This document shows positions 52,901 through 64,000 of a stretch of 64,000 bases of DNA, piece by piece. The DNA is from Eledone cirrhosa (lineage: Eukaryota). Each line of letters opens with the position of its first letter. Position 1 is the first letter of the stretch. A program made the translations under genes and the position numbers. Where the stretch lies: contig OZ024764.1 of the NCBI GenBank assembly GCA_964016885.1, positions 10,106,001 to 10,170,000 on the forward strand, in the 5' to 3' direction. Below the pieces are notes generated by a model. The model saw only the letters and a list, made by a program, of their open reading frames with translations. It made no database searches and was not told the DNA's origin.

Positions 52901-53850
52901 AGGACTGAGGACAGATGCCTTTCTCTCCGGACAACAATTGATTCCCTTCTTTAAGTATCACTTTAGAAGGAGAATCAGGGTGGAGAGAGAGGCACTGCAC
53001 CCCAGTAAATTTACTGAAAGGTGGGTGAATGAAGCGAAAATGGCCCGAGTGATTGGGCCTTCTCTGTTTATAAGCCTGTAGGTTGAGGAAGAGAGCAAAA
53101 GGAAGAAAGGAGCACTTGCACAACACGCTCCTCGAGTTGAGGGTTGTTCTATCGACGGGGTATTAAACAACCCATTTGTGGCGCCTCCCCCCTATTGGGG
53201 ATTTCGATTGTTGAAATTGTTTGTTTTTATATTTTTTACACGACTGTATGTAAAATCCCTGGCATGTCTTTGTATTGTCCCCTTTCTTGTTGCGCCCTTG
53301 TGGCTAATAAAGAAATCTATCTATCTATCCCTCTATCAAACCGCCAACTTCTTTCAAAAACGAAAGAGAGGCAGTTTTCCTCTGTATAGTGGCTATGGTG
53401 AAAGAGGTTATATGGTGGACGAGGTTGAGAGGACTGAGGACAGATGCCTTTATCTCCGGACAACAACTCATTCCCTTCTTTAGATACCACTTTAGAAGGA
53501 GAATCAGGGTGGAGAGAGAGGCACTGCACCCCAGTAAATTTACTGAAAGGTGGGTGAATGTGGCCAAAATGGCCCGAGTGATTGGGCCTTCTCTGTATAT
53601 AAACCTGAGGGTTGAAGAAGAGAGCAAAAGGAAGAAAGGAGCACTTGCACAACATGCTCCTGGAGTTGAGGGTTGTTCTATCTACGGGGTATAAAGCAAC
53701 CCATTTGTAACGCCTACCCCCTATTGGGGATTTCGATTGTTTAATTTGTTTGTTTCAATATTTTTACACGACTGTATGTAAAATCCCCGGCATGTGTCTT
53801 TGTTTTGTCCCCATTTCCTGTGCGCCCTTGTGGCAAATAAATAAATATAT
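52901..53850 (+). mobile_element. Two tandem 3' ends of the same L1/Tx1-like LINE
   Basis: Homologous to 46255-46700; each bounded by (ATCT)n. Confidence 0.55.
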
Positions 53851-53884
53851 CTATCTATCCATCTATCTATTTATCTACCATTAG

Positions 53885-53978
53885 ACACTATGTAGTCAGT
53901 TCCAGTGTGATAGTCAACACCAACCACAGTTAAATATATTCAACAAACCACCTCAACGTCCAAATTTCATCACACAGT
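53885..53978 (+). CDS. KIAA0753: Moonraker-like exon 6
   Basis: cattag|TLCSQFQCDSQHQPQLNIFNKPPQRPNFITQ-t|gtaagt; 94 nt; supplies the phase 0 to 1 change needed by the next exon. Confidence 0.65.
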
Positions 53979-54027
53979 GTAAGTTAATCCCCACCGCTCT
54001 CTATCTCTCTCTCTGTATATATGTGTG

Positions 54028-54882
54028 TCATCATCATCATCATTTTACGTCCGCTTTTCCCTGCTTGCAAGGGTGGGACGGGTCCTATTCAGCACAGCAT
54101 CTCTCCACTTGTCACAGTCCTTCGTCATCTCCTCCGTGAGCTTCAGCTATCTCAGGTCTGCTCTTACCACCTCCGCCCATGTTTTTCGTGGTCTTCCTCT
54201 ACTGTGTCTTCCTTCTACTGGAATTTCTTGGCTCTTCTTTACCCAGCAGTCTGTACTGTATATATATATATGTATGTGTGTTTGTATCTATCTATATATA
54301 TAGGTATGTGTGTGTGTTCCGCCATATTATCCAGAATAAGGACGGGTTGGAAGAAGTTTAGGGAGCTGCTTCCTCTGCTGACAAAGAAGGGTTTCTCCCT
54401 GTATATGTAAGGCTGATTATATGATGGCTGTGTGAGATGTGCGATGCTGTATGGTAGTGAGACATGGGCAGCAACTGCAAGGGATATGTGACGGCTGGAG
54501 AGAAATGCAGCAAGCATGCTCCATTGGATGTGCAATGTCAATGTGTGTGAATGACCAAACATTGATGAGTTGAGAAAGAAACTGTGTATAAGAGGGATAA
54601 ATTGTAGTGTGCGGGAGAGAAGACTGAGATGGTATGGACATGTGATGCGCATGGAGGATGACTGCTGGGTAAAGAAGTGCCGAGAAATCCCCAGTAGAAG
54701 GAAGATGCAGTCAAGGAAGACCACGAAAAACATGGGCAGAGGTGGTGAGAGCAGACCTCAGATAGCTGAAGCTCACGGAGCAGATGACGAAGGACCGTGA
54801 CAAGTGGAGAGATGTTGTGCTAAATAGGACCCATCCCACCCTTGCAAGCAGGAGAAAAGCGGACGTAAAATGATGATGATGA

Positions 54883-54885
<3 letters not shown>
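54028..54885. mobile_element. Two RTE LINE fragments in opposite orientation
   Basis: 54028-54249 is a minus-strand 3' end; 54315-54885 is plus strand (RIRTGWKKFRELLPLL...RRLRWYGHV) with stops. Confidence 0.85.
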
Positions 54886-54919
<34 letters not shown>

Positions 54920-55016
54920 TATTAAAGAGTTAAACAAGATTCAATGAGTACATCAAAGAATGAGTTTTACAGTAGATTGGAAGCACTCTACAGTAAAATA
55001 TTTTCCAGAATTATTA

Positions 55017-55235
55017 ATATTAAAATACAAATATTAATAAAATAGATGTTCTTGTGATCAATTAAATTTTACTACCTTGATTAAATCTTAACCATTTAAC
55101 ATCTCAGGGTATGTTGTGTATCATTTTATTTTTATTTTATTTGATGAGGACGTACTGTTGTACCTCTGAAATATGTATAATAAAATTTTATTGATCACAA
55201 GAACATCTATTTTATTAATATTTGTATTTTAATAT
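55017..55235. repeat. 55-bp inverted repeat (1 mismatch) around a hammerhead motif
   Basis: 55017-55071 versus 55181-55235. Confidence 0.88.
55134..55186 (+). ncRNA. Hammerhead motif with C3U change
   Basis: ATTTTAT-TTGATGA-GGAcGTAC(tgtt)GTACcTCT-GAA-ATATGTAT-A-ATAAAAT. Confidence 0.6.
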
Positions 55236-55359
55236 ATATACATATATATATAATGTTATTTTCCCCACCAAAAAATGAAGTCCCTTCATATTAAGCTTCT
55301 ATCTCTCTCTCTCTCTCATGTTTCCATCATGGTACACTACCCTACCTCTATCTGTGCAG

Positions 55360-55526
55360 TTTCTAAGCCATCAGACAACATAAAGACCAAAAAACACAAA
55401 GAGATAAACAAGATGAAGCCCACCCCATTCAAGTCTATCCGTGCCAAAGGGAAGGCCTCAGTGAAAGTGGGACCGAGGCCATTAGCATCAAAGAAAAGTA
55501 GTGTCATATACCCAGCTGAAGTTCAG
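55360..55526 (+). CDS. KIAA0753: Moonraker-like exon 7
   Basis: tgtgcag|(F)[31 protein letters not shown]...YPAEVQ|gtgggt; 167 nt, phase 1 to 0. Confidence 0.68.
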
Positions 55527-55634
55527 GTGGGTGCTGTTGATTTTTGCTGTTATTTATTTTGAGAACAATACCTTAACATCAGTAGGAGTGGCCAGTTATA
55601 TATATATACACACACACAAACACAAACAAATATG

Positions 55635-55696
<62 letters not shown>

Positions 55697-55767
55697 CATA
55701 TATATATATACAAACATATATATACATACATATATATATATACAAACATATATATACATACATATAT

Positions 55768-55804
<37 letters not shown>

Positions 55805-55849
55805 TATATATGTACATATACATATATATATACATACATATATATATAC

Positions 55850-55886
<37 letters not shown>

Positions 55887-56268
55887 CATACATATACATA
55901 TATATATACATATATATATATATATACATACACACATATATATAGATATAGATATACATATATATACATACACACACACATATATACATACACTTATATA
56001 TATACATACACAAACACACACATATATATATATATACATACACACATATATATATATACATATATATATATTTATATACATATATATATACATATACACA
56101 TATATATATATATGTATATATATATACACACATATATGTATACATATATATATATATATATACATATATATGTGTATATATACGTATATATCTATGTATA
56201 TATACACACAAAGTAACAAAAGGGTTAAAAACCTTATAGTAATTATCTTTTCCTCTACCCCCCTCCAG

Positions 56269-56387
56269 CACTACCGCAAGGCATTCCCCGCCTCCAGTAA
56301 ACACCGGCCATCTGTGGCACGAAGGCTCCCTCTACATGGACCCAGTGGGACACACCAGAGTGCCGTGACAAAGAGTTATGACTACAG
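56269..56387 (+). CDS. KIAA0753: Moonraker-like exon 8
   Basis: ctccag|[39 protein letters not shown]-ag|gtatag; 119 nt, phase 0 to 2. Confidence 0.65.
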
Positions 56388-56409
56388 GTATAGTAGCTTT
56401 TGTCCACTA

Positions 56410-57275
56410 GCATTATATGCAGCAAAGAGTTACGGCCCTTTATGGTCTGAGTTTAAATCCCGCCGAGGTTGACTTTGCCTTTCATCCTTACGGGGTCGAT
56501 AAAATAAAGTACCAGTAATGTGCTGGGTTATTGCTGGCCTTGTGCCTAAAGTAGAAACGATTATATGCAGCAAAGAGTTACGGCCCTTTATGGTCTGAGT
56601 TTAACTTTGCTTTTCATCCTTACGGGGTCGATAAAATAAAGTACCAGTAATGTGCTGGGTTATTGCTGGCCTTGTGCCTAAAGTAGAAACAATTATATGC
56701 AGCAAAGAGTTACGGCCCTTTATGGTCTGAGTTTAACCTTGCCTTTCATCCTTACGGGGTCGATAAAATAAAGTACCAGTAATGTGCTGGGTTATTGCTG
56801 GCCTTGTGCCTAAAGTAGAAACAATTATATGCAGCAAAGAGTTACGGCCCTTTATGGTCTGAGTTTAACCTTGCCTTTCATCCTTACGGGGTCGATAAAA
56901 TAAAGTACCAGTAATGTGCTGAGTTATTGCTGGCCTTGTGCCTAAAGTAGAAACAATTATATGCAGCAAAGAGTTACGGCCCTTTATGGTCTGAGTTTAA
57001 CCTTGCCTTTCATCCTTACGGGGTCGATAAAATAAAGTACCAGTAATGTGCTGGGTTATTGCTGGCCTTGTGCCTAAAGTAGAAACAATTATATGCAGCA
57101 AAGAGTTACGGCCCTTTATGGTCTGAGTTTAACTTTGCTTTTCATCCTTACGGGGTCGATAAAATAAAGTACCAGTAATGTGCTGGCCTTGTGCCTAAAG
57201 TAGAAACAATTATATGCAGCAAAGAGTTACGGCCCTTTATGGTTTGAGTTTAACTTTGCTTTTCATCCTTACGGT
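56410..57275 (+). repeat. Tandem array of about 132 bp derived from SINE family 2
   Basis: ttatatgcagcaaagagttacggccc at 56561, 56693 and onward. Confidence 0.9.
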
Positions 57276-57494
57276 TGTGGTAGGTTGAAGTGGGGGCCAA
57301 CGGGTGCGTGTGTTTTTGTTGGCAACGTGGCTCTCTCCTGGAGTGTAACAATATATATATATTTATATTGTTACACTCTGGGAGACACGCTGCCAACAAA
57401 AATAATAATTATAATAATATAATAATAAAATAATAATGAAATTATTGTGTGCAGTGCTCAGGTGCACTACAACTCATCAAAGGTGCATGTATAT

Positions 57495-57831
57495 CATCAT
57501 CATCATCATTTTACGTCTGCTTTTCCCTGCTTGCAAGGGTGGGACGGGAACTGATTCTGGCTTGATTTCTACAGCTGGATGCCCTTCCTAACACCAACCT
57601 CATTTACAGTGAGTGCTGGGTGCTTTTTTGCCATGGCACCTCCACGACCACTTTGCAGTGGAATGATAGGGACCCCAGTCCCTATCATCTCATTTCTATA
57701 GCTGAGTAAACTGGAGCAATGTGAAATAAAGTGTCTTGCTCAAGGAAACAACACATCACCCGGTCTGAGAATTGAACTCACAACCTTTCGATTGCAAGGC
57801 CAATGCTCTAACCACTAAGCCATGTGCCTCC
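57495..57831 (-). mobile_element. tRNA-derived SINE family 1
   Basis: Reverse complement of family 1; further partial copies near 39240, 44810, 46915, 62570 and 62850. Confidence 0.88.
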
Positions 57832-58395
57832 ATATAGTATAGTATAGTACAAAATAATACACTGGGATAATTGCTGGCCTTGTTCCAAAAGTAGAAACAA
57901 TTATATATAACATCATCATCGTTTTACGTCCGTTCTTCCACACTAGCATGGGTTAGACGAGTTGTCCTGTTGTGGGCAGTGTCTGGTCGGCTGACCTTGT
58001 CTTGCTCATGCAGGAACAGATTCTGGCTTGATTTCTACAGCTGGATGCCCTTCCTAACACCAACCTCATTTACATTGAGTGCTGGGTGCTTTTTACCATG
58101 GCTTCTCCACGACCACTTTACAGTGTGGCCTGGGTGCTTTTTGTCGACCACTTTGCAGTGGGTGGGAGTGGGGGCATATTGTCTATATGCTTCAGCTTTG
58201 GCTTGTTCCCGGGGGAAATCTGGTCTTCTGTATTACTGCGTGACGCCAGAGGTCATGGTCATGTGTCATTGCCTTTGAGAGGTGCTATTGGGTAAGGTCG
58301 GCTTTTATCACCTCATCTCATATATATATATAGTGATAATAAATATGAAAACTAAAATCCAAAGAAGGGTCGATAAGGTATATATATATATATAG

Positions 58396-58432
<37 letters not shown>

Positions 58433-58438
58433 TATATA

Positions 58439-58649
58439 CAGGGTGGTCCAAAAGTCACACGGGTTTTAGTTTTTAGTAACTTCCTGAATTGTACAGATTT
58501 CATGTATGAAATTTTGATACAACTTAAAGGACATAATGGAAATTATTTTGCACTTGTCAATCCTTGTCACACCTCTACATTACTTATGAAAAATTAAATA
58601 AAAAAATGATAAACAGTTGCAACCCATGTGTGACATTTGGGCCACCCTG
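58439..58649. mobile_element. Tc1/mariner-type MITE
   Basis: TA|CAGGGTGGtCCAAAaGTCACAC...GTGTGACaTTTGGgCCACCCTG|TA. Confidence 0.8.
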
Positions 58650-59080
58650 TATATATAAAAATCTGTAGATCAAATATTTATTATAAGAACAGATTAAAGT
58701 TTAAGCAAGATTGATTTTTTTTCAGTTTCAGGAGATCCCATTAAGGGTGAAAGCAGTGATTCTCTGCTTAAACTTTAATTATAATATTATAATATAATAA
58801 TAATATATATATATATATATATATAAACAAGGTTTAGTAAATAATGAAAAAGTATCAAAATAAATTTTAAAAAATTGACTATTTGTTCTGGCTCATTAAT
58901 TTATTAACCCGCCATTGAACCACACTGGCATTTGGTTGGACAATACATGCGTACCTTGGCGCCTTGTGCGTGAAGGAATGTATTTCCTATATATATATAT
59001 ATATATATATATATGTTATTCCGGGTTGAATCGGAGGTAACCACAGTAAGTAAGGTACTCAATACATTGCAGAGTATAAA

Positions 59081-59204
59081 AGTTTTAATATAGATGAGAT
59101 TCTACAGGACTAGAACTGTTTCATTCTTTAGAAATCATCAGGAATGATGATTTCTAAAGAATGAAACAGTTCTAGTCCTGTAGAATCTCATCTATATTAA
59201 AACT
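59081..59204. repeat. 60-bp perfect palindrome, 4-nt spacer
   Basis: 59081-59140 is the reverse complement of 59145-59204. Confidence 0.95.
59099..59145 (-). ncRNA. Type-I hammerhead motif inside a perfect palindrome
   Basis: Minus strand: ATTC-CTGATGA-tTTC(taaa)GAAt-GAA-ACAG(ttctagtc)CTGT-A-GAAT. Confidence 0.62.
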
Positions 59205-59220
59205 ATATATATATATATAT

Positions 59221-59251
<31 letters not shown>

Positions 59252-59521
59252 CGTTTAACGTCCATCTTCCACGCTAGCATGGGTTACACATATATATATA
59301 CCAACACACATATATACGTACATACATACATATATATATACATATATATACCCACATACATATACACACACACACACATATATATACCCACACATACATA
59401 TATACACACACACACACCTATATATATATATATACACACACACACACATGTATGTACATGTATATACAGATTTCTGTGTTTATATATAACGCCATCATGG
59501 CTAATATTGTTGTTATTTCAG

Positions 59522-59570
59522 TAAACATGCTAGAAGTGTACCAGTAATTACCTCAGGGAAGCTAGATTCA
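59522..59570 (+). CDS. KIAA0753: Moonraker-like exon 9
   Basis: tttcag|(S)KHARSVPVITSGKLDS|gtaagt; 49 nt, phase 2 to 0. Confidence 0.62.
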
Positions 59571-59699
59571 GTAAGTAGAAATGTGTCCATCACTTCTACC
59601 TTGGTCTTCCTCTAATACACCTCCCTTCCACTTGCATCTCTCCCTCACCGTCTCACCACCATCACTACCATCAACAACATCATCGCAACTGTTAACCAA

Positions 59700-61755
59700 C
59701 CTCCACCACAAACACTACCACCACCACCACCACCACTACCACCACCAACACCACCACCACCACCACTACCACCAACATCACCACCACCACCACTGCTACC
59801 AACATCACCATTACCCCCACCACCACTGCTACCAACATCACCATCACAACTACCACCATTACCACAACCACCACCACCAACACTACCATCACAACCACCA
59901 CCACAACTACCACCATCACAACCACCACCACAACTACCACCATTACCACTACCACCACCACAACTACCACCATCACAACCACCACCACAACTACCACCAT
60001 TACCACTACCACCACCACCAACACTACCATCACAACCACCACCACAACTACCACCATTACCACTACCACCACCACCAACACTACCATCACAACCACCACC
60101 ACAACTACCACCATTACCACTACCACCACCACCAACACTACCATCACAACCACCACCACAACTACCACCATTACCACTACCACCACCACCAACACTACCA
60201 TCACAACCACCACCACAACTACCACCATTACCACTACCACCACCACCAACACTACCATCACAACCACCACCACAACTACCACCATTACCACTACCACCAC
60301 CACCAACACTACCATCACAACCAACACCACAACTACCACCATTACCACTACCTCCACCACCAACACTACCATCACAACCACCACCACAACTACCACCATT
60401 ACCACAACCACCACCACCAACACTACCATCACAACCACCACCACAACTACCACCATTACCACTACCACCACCACCAACACTACCATCACAACCAACACCA
60501 CAACTACCACCATTACCACTACCACCACCACAACTACCACCATCACAACCAACACCACAACTACCACCATTACCACTACCACCACCACCAACACTACCAT
60601 CACAACCAACACCACAACTACCACCATTACCACTACCACCACCACCAACACTACCATCACAACCAACACCACAACTACCACCATTACCACTACCACCACC
60701 ACCAACACTACCATCACAACCACCACCACAACTACCACCATTACCACTACCACCACCACCAACACTACCATCACAACCATTTCCTCACCACTACCATCAT
60801 CAACAACACTACCACAACCACCACTACAACTACAACCATTTGCTCGCCACTACCAGCACCAGCACCACCACTACCATTTCCTCACCACTACCAGCACCAC
60901 CAACACTACCACCACTACCACCAACACTACCAACAACACTACCACCACCATTACCATTTCCTCACCACTACCAGCACCACCACCACTACCACCACTACCA
61001 CCACCACCAACAACACTACCACCACCACTACAATTACAACCATTTCCTCACCACTACCACCACCACCAACAATACTACTACCACCACTACCACCGCCACC
61101 AACAACACCACCACCACCACCACTACCACCGCCACCAACAACACCACCACCACCATTTCCTCACCACTACCACCACCACCACTACCATTTCCTCACCACT
61201 ACCACCACCACCACCACCAGTTCCTCACCACTACCACCACCACCACTACCATTTCCTCACCACTACCACCACCACCACCACTACCATTTGCTCACCACTA
61301 CCACCACCACCACCACCATTTCCTCACCACTACCACCACCACCACTACCATTTCCTCACCACTACCACCACCACCACCACTACCATTTGCTCACCACTAC
61401 CACCACCACCACCACCATTTCCTCACCACTACCACCACCACCACTACCATTTCCTCACCACTACCACCACCACCACCACCACCAGTTCCTCACCACTACC
61501 ACCACCACCACTACCATTTCCTCACCACTACCACCACCACCACTACAATTTCCTCACCACTACCACCAACAACACTACCACCACCACCACTACCATTTCC
61601 TCACCACTACCACCACCACCACCACTACCACCGCCACCAACAACACTACCACCACCACCACCACTTCCTCACCACTACCACCGCCACCAACAACACTACC
61701 ACCACCACCACCACCACCATTTCCTCACCACTACCACCAACACTACCACTACAAT
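59700..61755. repeat. (CAC/CAA/TAC) triplet-derived intronic repeat
   Basis: Lies between the exon 9 donor and exon 10 acceptor. Confidence 0.93.
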
Positions 61756-61774
61756 TCCGTCCTCTACATTACAG

Positions 61775-62299
61775 TTCGACAACTGGCACATCCACACCAT
61801 GCTTGACCAGCTAGCAGCACAGTCTTCCTCCACAGCCATCGCTGCCACCACCACTGGTCAAGACAACCACAGCGGCGGAGGCCAAACTGAGAGACCATCA
61901 CAGAAAAAACAGCAACCCCACCACCCCAACCATTACAACGACGAAGACCCCAACCTTTTCCTCCTCTTCCGACAAAAATACCAGCCGTCGCGACCCCAAC
62001 ACAGAACTGGACATGCCACGACCAGCGATGGCTTTGACGAAGATAAAACCGACGTCTGCAGCCCGAATGGTGCTCCGAGCGGCCCCCCCACAATGGAACT
62101 GGACCCCAGAAGGCTTAGGGTCCACTTTAATATGGAGAAGAAGCCAGTCAAGAATAAGTACAATGGAACCACAACCACCCGTCCTCCACCATCTTCTACT
62201 AAACCACAGTTGGAAGAGGAAGATACTGTATCATTGCTGCAGACATACCTCGGAGATTCGTCCATCCAACAGATGCTCCACCGCTTACAGCAAATTGAG
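61775..62299 (+). CDS. KIAA0753: Moonraker-like exon 10 (gene continues beyond window)
   Basis: ttacag|FDNWHIHTMLDQLAAQ...DSSIQQMLHRLQQIE|gtaggt; 525 nt; QQMLHRLQQIE resembles Moonraker MLQRMEEME as recalled. Confidence 0.7.
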
Positions 62300-63035
62300 G
62301 TAGGTCACTTTTAAAAATTATTTCGTTTGTTACCATTTCGGTTTTACGTTTTGCGTTTTTTATGAACCTTTTTGGTGTGTGAAGTGGGGGGAGCATGTTT
62401 ATAGAATACTTTTATGTTTTGGGGGGTTTGGTTTTTTTTTTTTTTTTTTTAAAGAAATAACCTGTATGGGTTTGTGTGTGTGTGACAGCTCACACCTATG
62501 AAGGTTTAGCTGGCCTCCTCCAAGGTATATCTCGTTGGAGGTGTCTTGGGTAGTTTAATGATATGGACCCCAGACCCTATCATCTCATTTCTACAGCTGA
62601 GTAAACTGGAGCAACGTGTTCACAATAGGGATGTAACCCTATGCCATAAAGAATGTTGGCCGAGCTCAACCAATTACTGTCAATAGGGGTGTAAGACTAT
62701 GACAAAGAATGTTGTCCGAGCTCAACCAATTACTGTCTATAGGGGTGTTGTTGTTGTTGTTGTCACAGCTCACACCTATGCAGGTTTAGCTGGCTTCCTC
62801 CAAGGTATATCTCGTTGGAGGTGTCTTGGGTGCTTTAATGATAGTGACCCCAGTCCTATCATCTCATTTCTACAGCTGAGTAAAGTGGAGCAATGTGAAA
62901 TAAAGTGTTTTGCTCAAGGAAACAACACATCACCCAGTCTGAGAATTGAACTCGCAATCTTTCAATTGCAAGGTCAATGCTCTAACCATTAAATCATGTG
63001 CCTCCATATATATAATATATATATATAATCATCCT

Positions 63036-63700
63036 CATCATCATTTTACACCTGCTTTTCCCTGCTTGCAAGGGTGGGATGGATCCTATTCAGCATCTAT
63101 CCACTTGTCACAGTCCTTCGTCATCTCCTCTGTGAGCTTCATTGATCTGAGGTCAGCTCTCACCACCTCCGCCCATGATTTTTGTGGTCTTCCTTCCACC
63201 GGGATTTCTTGGTCATCCTCCATGCACATCACATGTCCATACCATCTCAGTCTTCTCTCCCACACACTACAACTTATCCCGCTTATACACAGTTTCTGTC
63301 TCAACTCATCTATACTTGGTCGTTTACGCACATTGACATTGCACATCCAACGGAGCATGCTTGCTTCATTTCTCTCCAGCTGTCACATATCCTCTTTAAT
63401 TGCTGCCATGTCTCACTACCATGCGGCATCGCGCATCTCACACAGGCATCATATAACCAGCCTTTCATACGCAGAGAGAAAACCCTTGCTTGCCAAAAGA
63501 GGAAACAGATCCCTAAACTTGTTCCAACCCGTCCTTATTCTAGATACTATGGCCTCGGAGCACCCTCCTCCCTTGCTAATCTGATCACCTAGGTATCGGA
63601 AGCTATCAACGACCTCTAGAGAACCCAACTGCATTTGAAAAATGTGTCTATCACTGCGACTTCTACTGTCAAATTTCCCTGTACATCTACTACATATGAA
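63036..63700 (-). mobile_element. RTE LINE 3' fragment
   Basis: LEVVDSFRYLGDQIS...RIRTGWNKFRDL...RRLRWYGHV; another short 3' end at 11281-11423(-). Confidence 0.85.
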
Positions 63701-64000
63701 GTTTTCCTTTCTTGTTAGTTTGCCTGCATCTATTGTGTACCCAAGATCTGCATTGTGTACATTCTATAGAGATATAATATGTTTATATTTGTATATATCA
63801 TGTATTGAGTACTACATTGATAAAGAAAGATGTCAGATAGAGATAGACAGAGAACTATATATAAACTTGTCAACTTAAAAAATACTATAAAAACCATCTC
63901 CTACTCACCCATTAAATGGTAAATAAGATCTCTCCATTGTTAATCCGTTCTTAAGGGGTTTTACATACAGTTTTTTACACTATTGTCATTGCTTACCAAC

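Noticed and set aside
59581-61806. 741-aa His/Thr/Pro-rich ORF
   Set aside because: Triplet repeat lying between a clear donor (59571) and acceptor (61774)

Overview
Animal genomic DNA that is AT-rich and saturated with microsatellites and SINEs. The repeat landscape suggests a coleoid cephalopod (Octopus-like); this is an inference. Nearly all long ORFs in the track are simple-repeat artefacts. Two spliced + strand genes can be rebuilt by hand with consistent GT-AG phases. (1) The 3' half of an SLC6 invertebrate-type dopamine transporter (1-16903), which ends in two tandem, paralogous terminal exons that differ mostly at synonymous sites. (2) A 10-exon, 765-codon, 3'-incomplete gene resembling Moonraker/KIAA0753 (42057-62299). 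The non-coding DNA holds about a dozen minimal type-I hammerhead-ribozyme motifs from several families. Four lie within 2 kb in the last transporter intron. Several sit in short fold-back elements among (TA)n, in which an inverted copy of the 3' tail is complementary to the ribozyme or its flank (Penelope-like/retrozyme signature). Also present: tandem arrays built from splice signals, two tRNA-derived SINE families, RTE, R4/Dong-like and L1/Tx1-like LINE fragments, MITEs and minisatellites.
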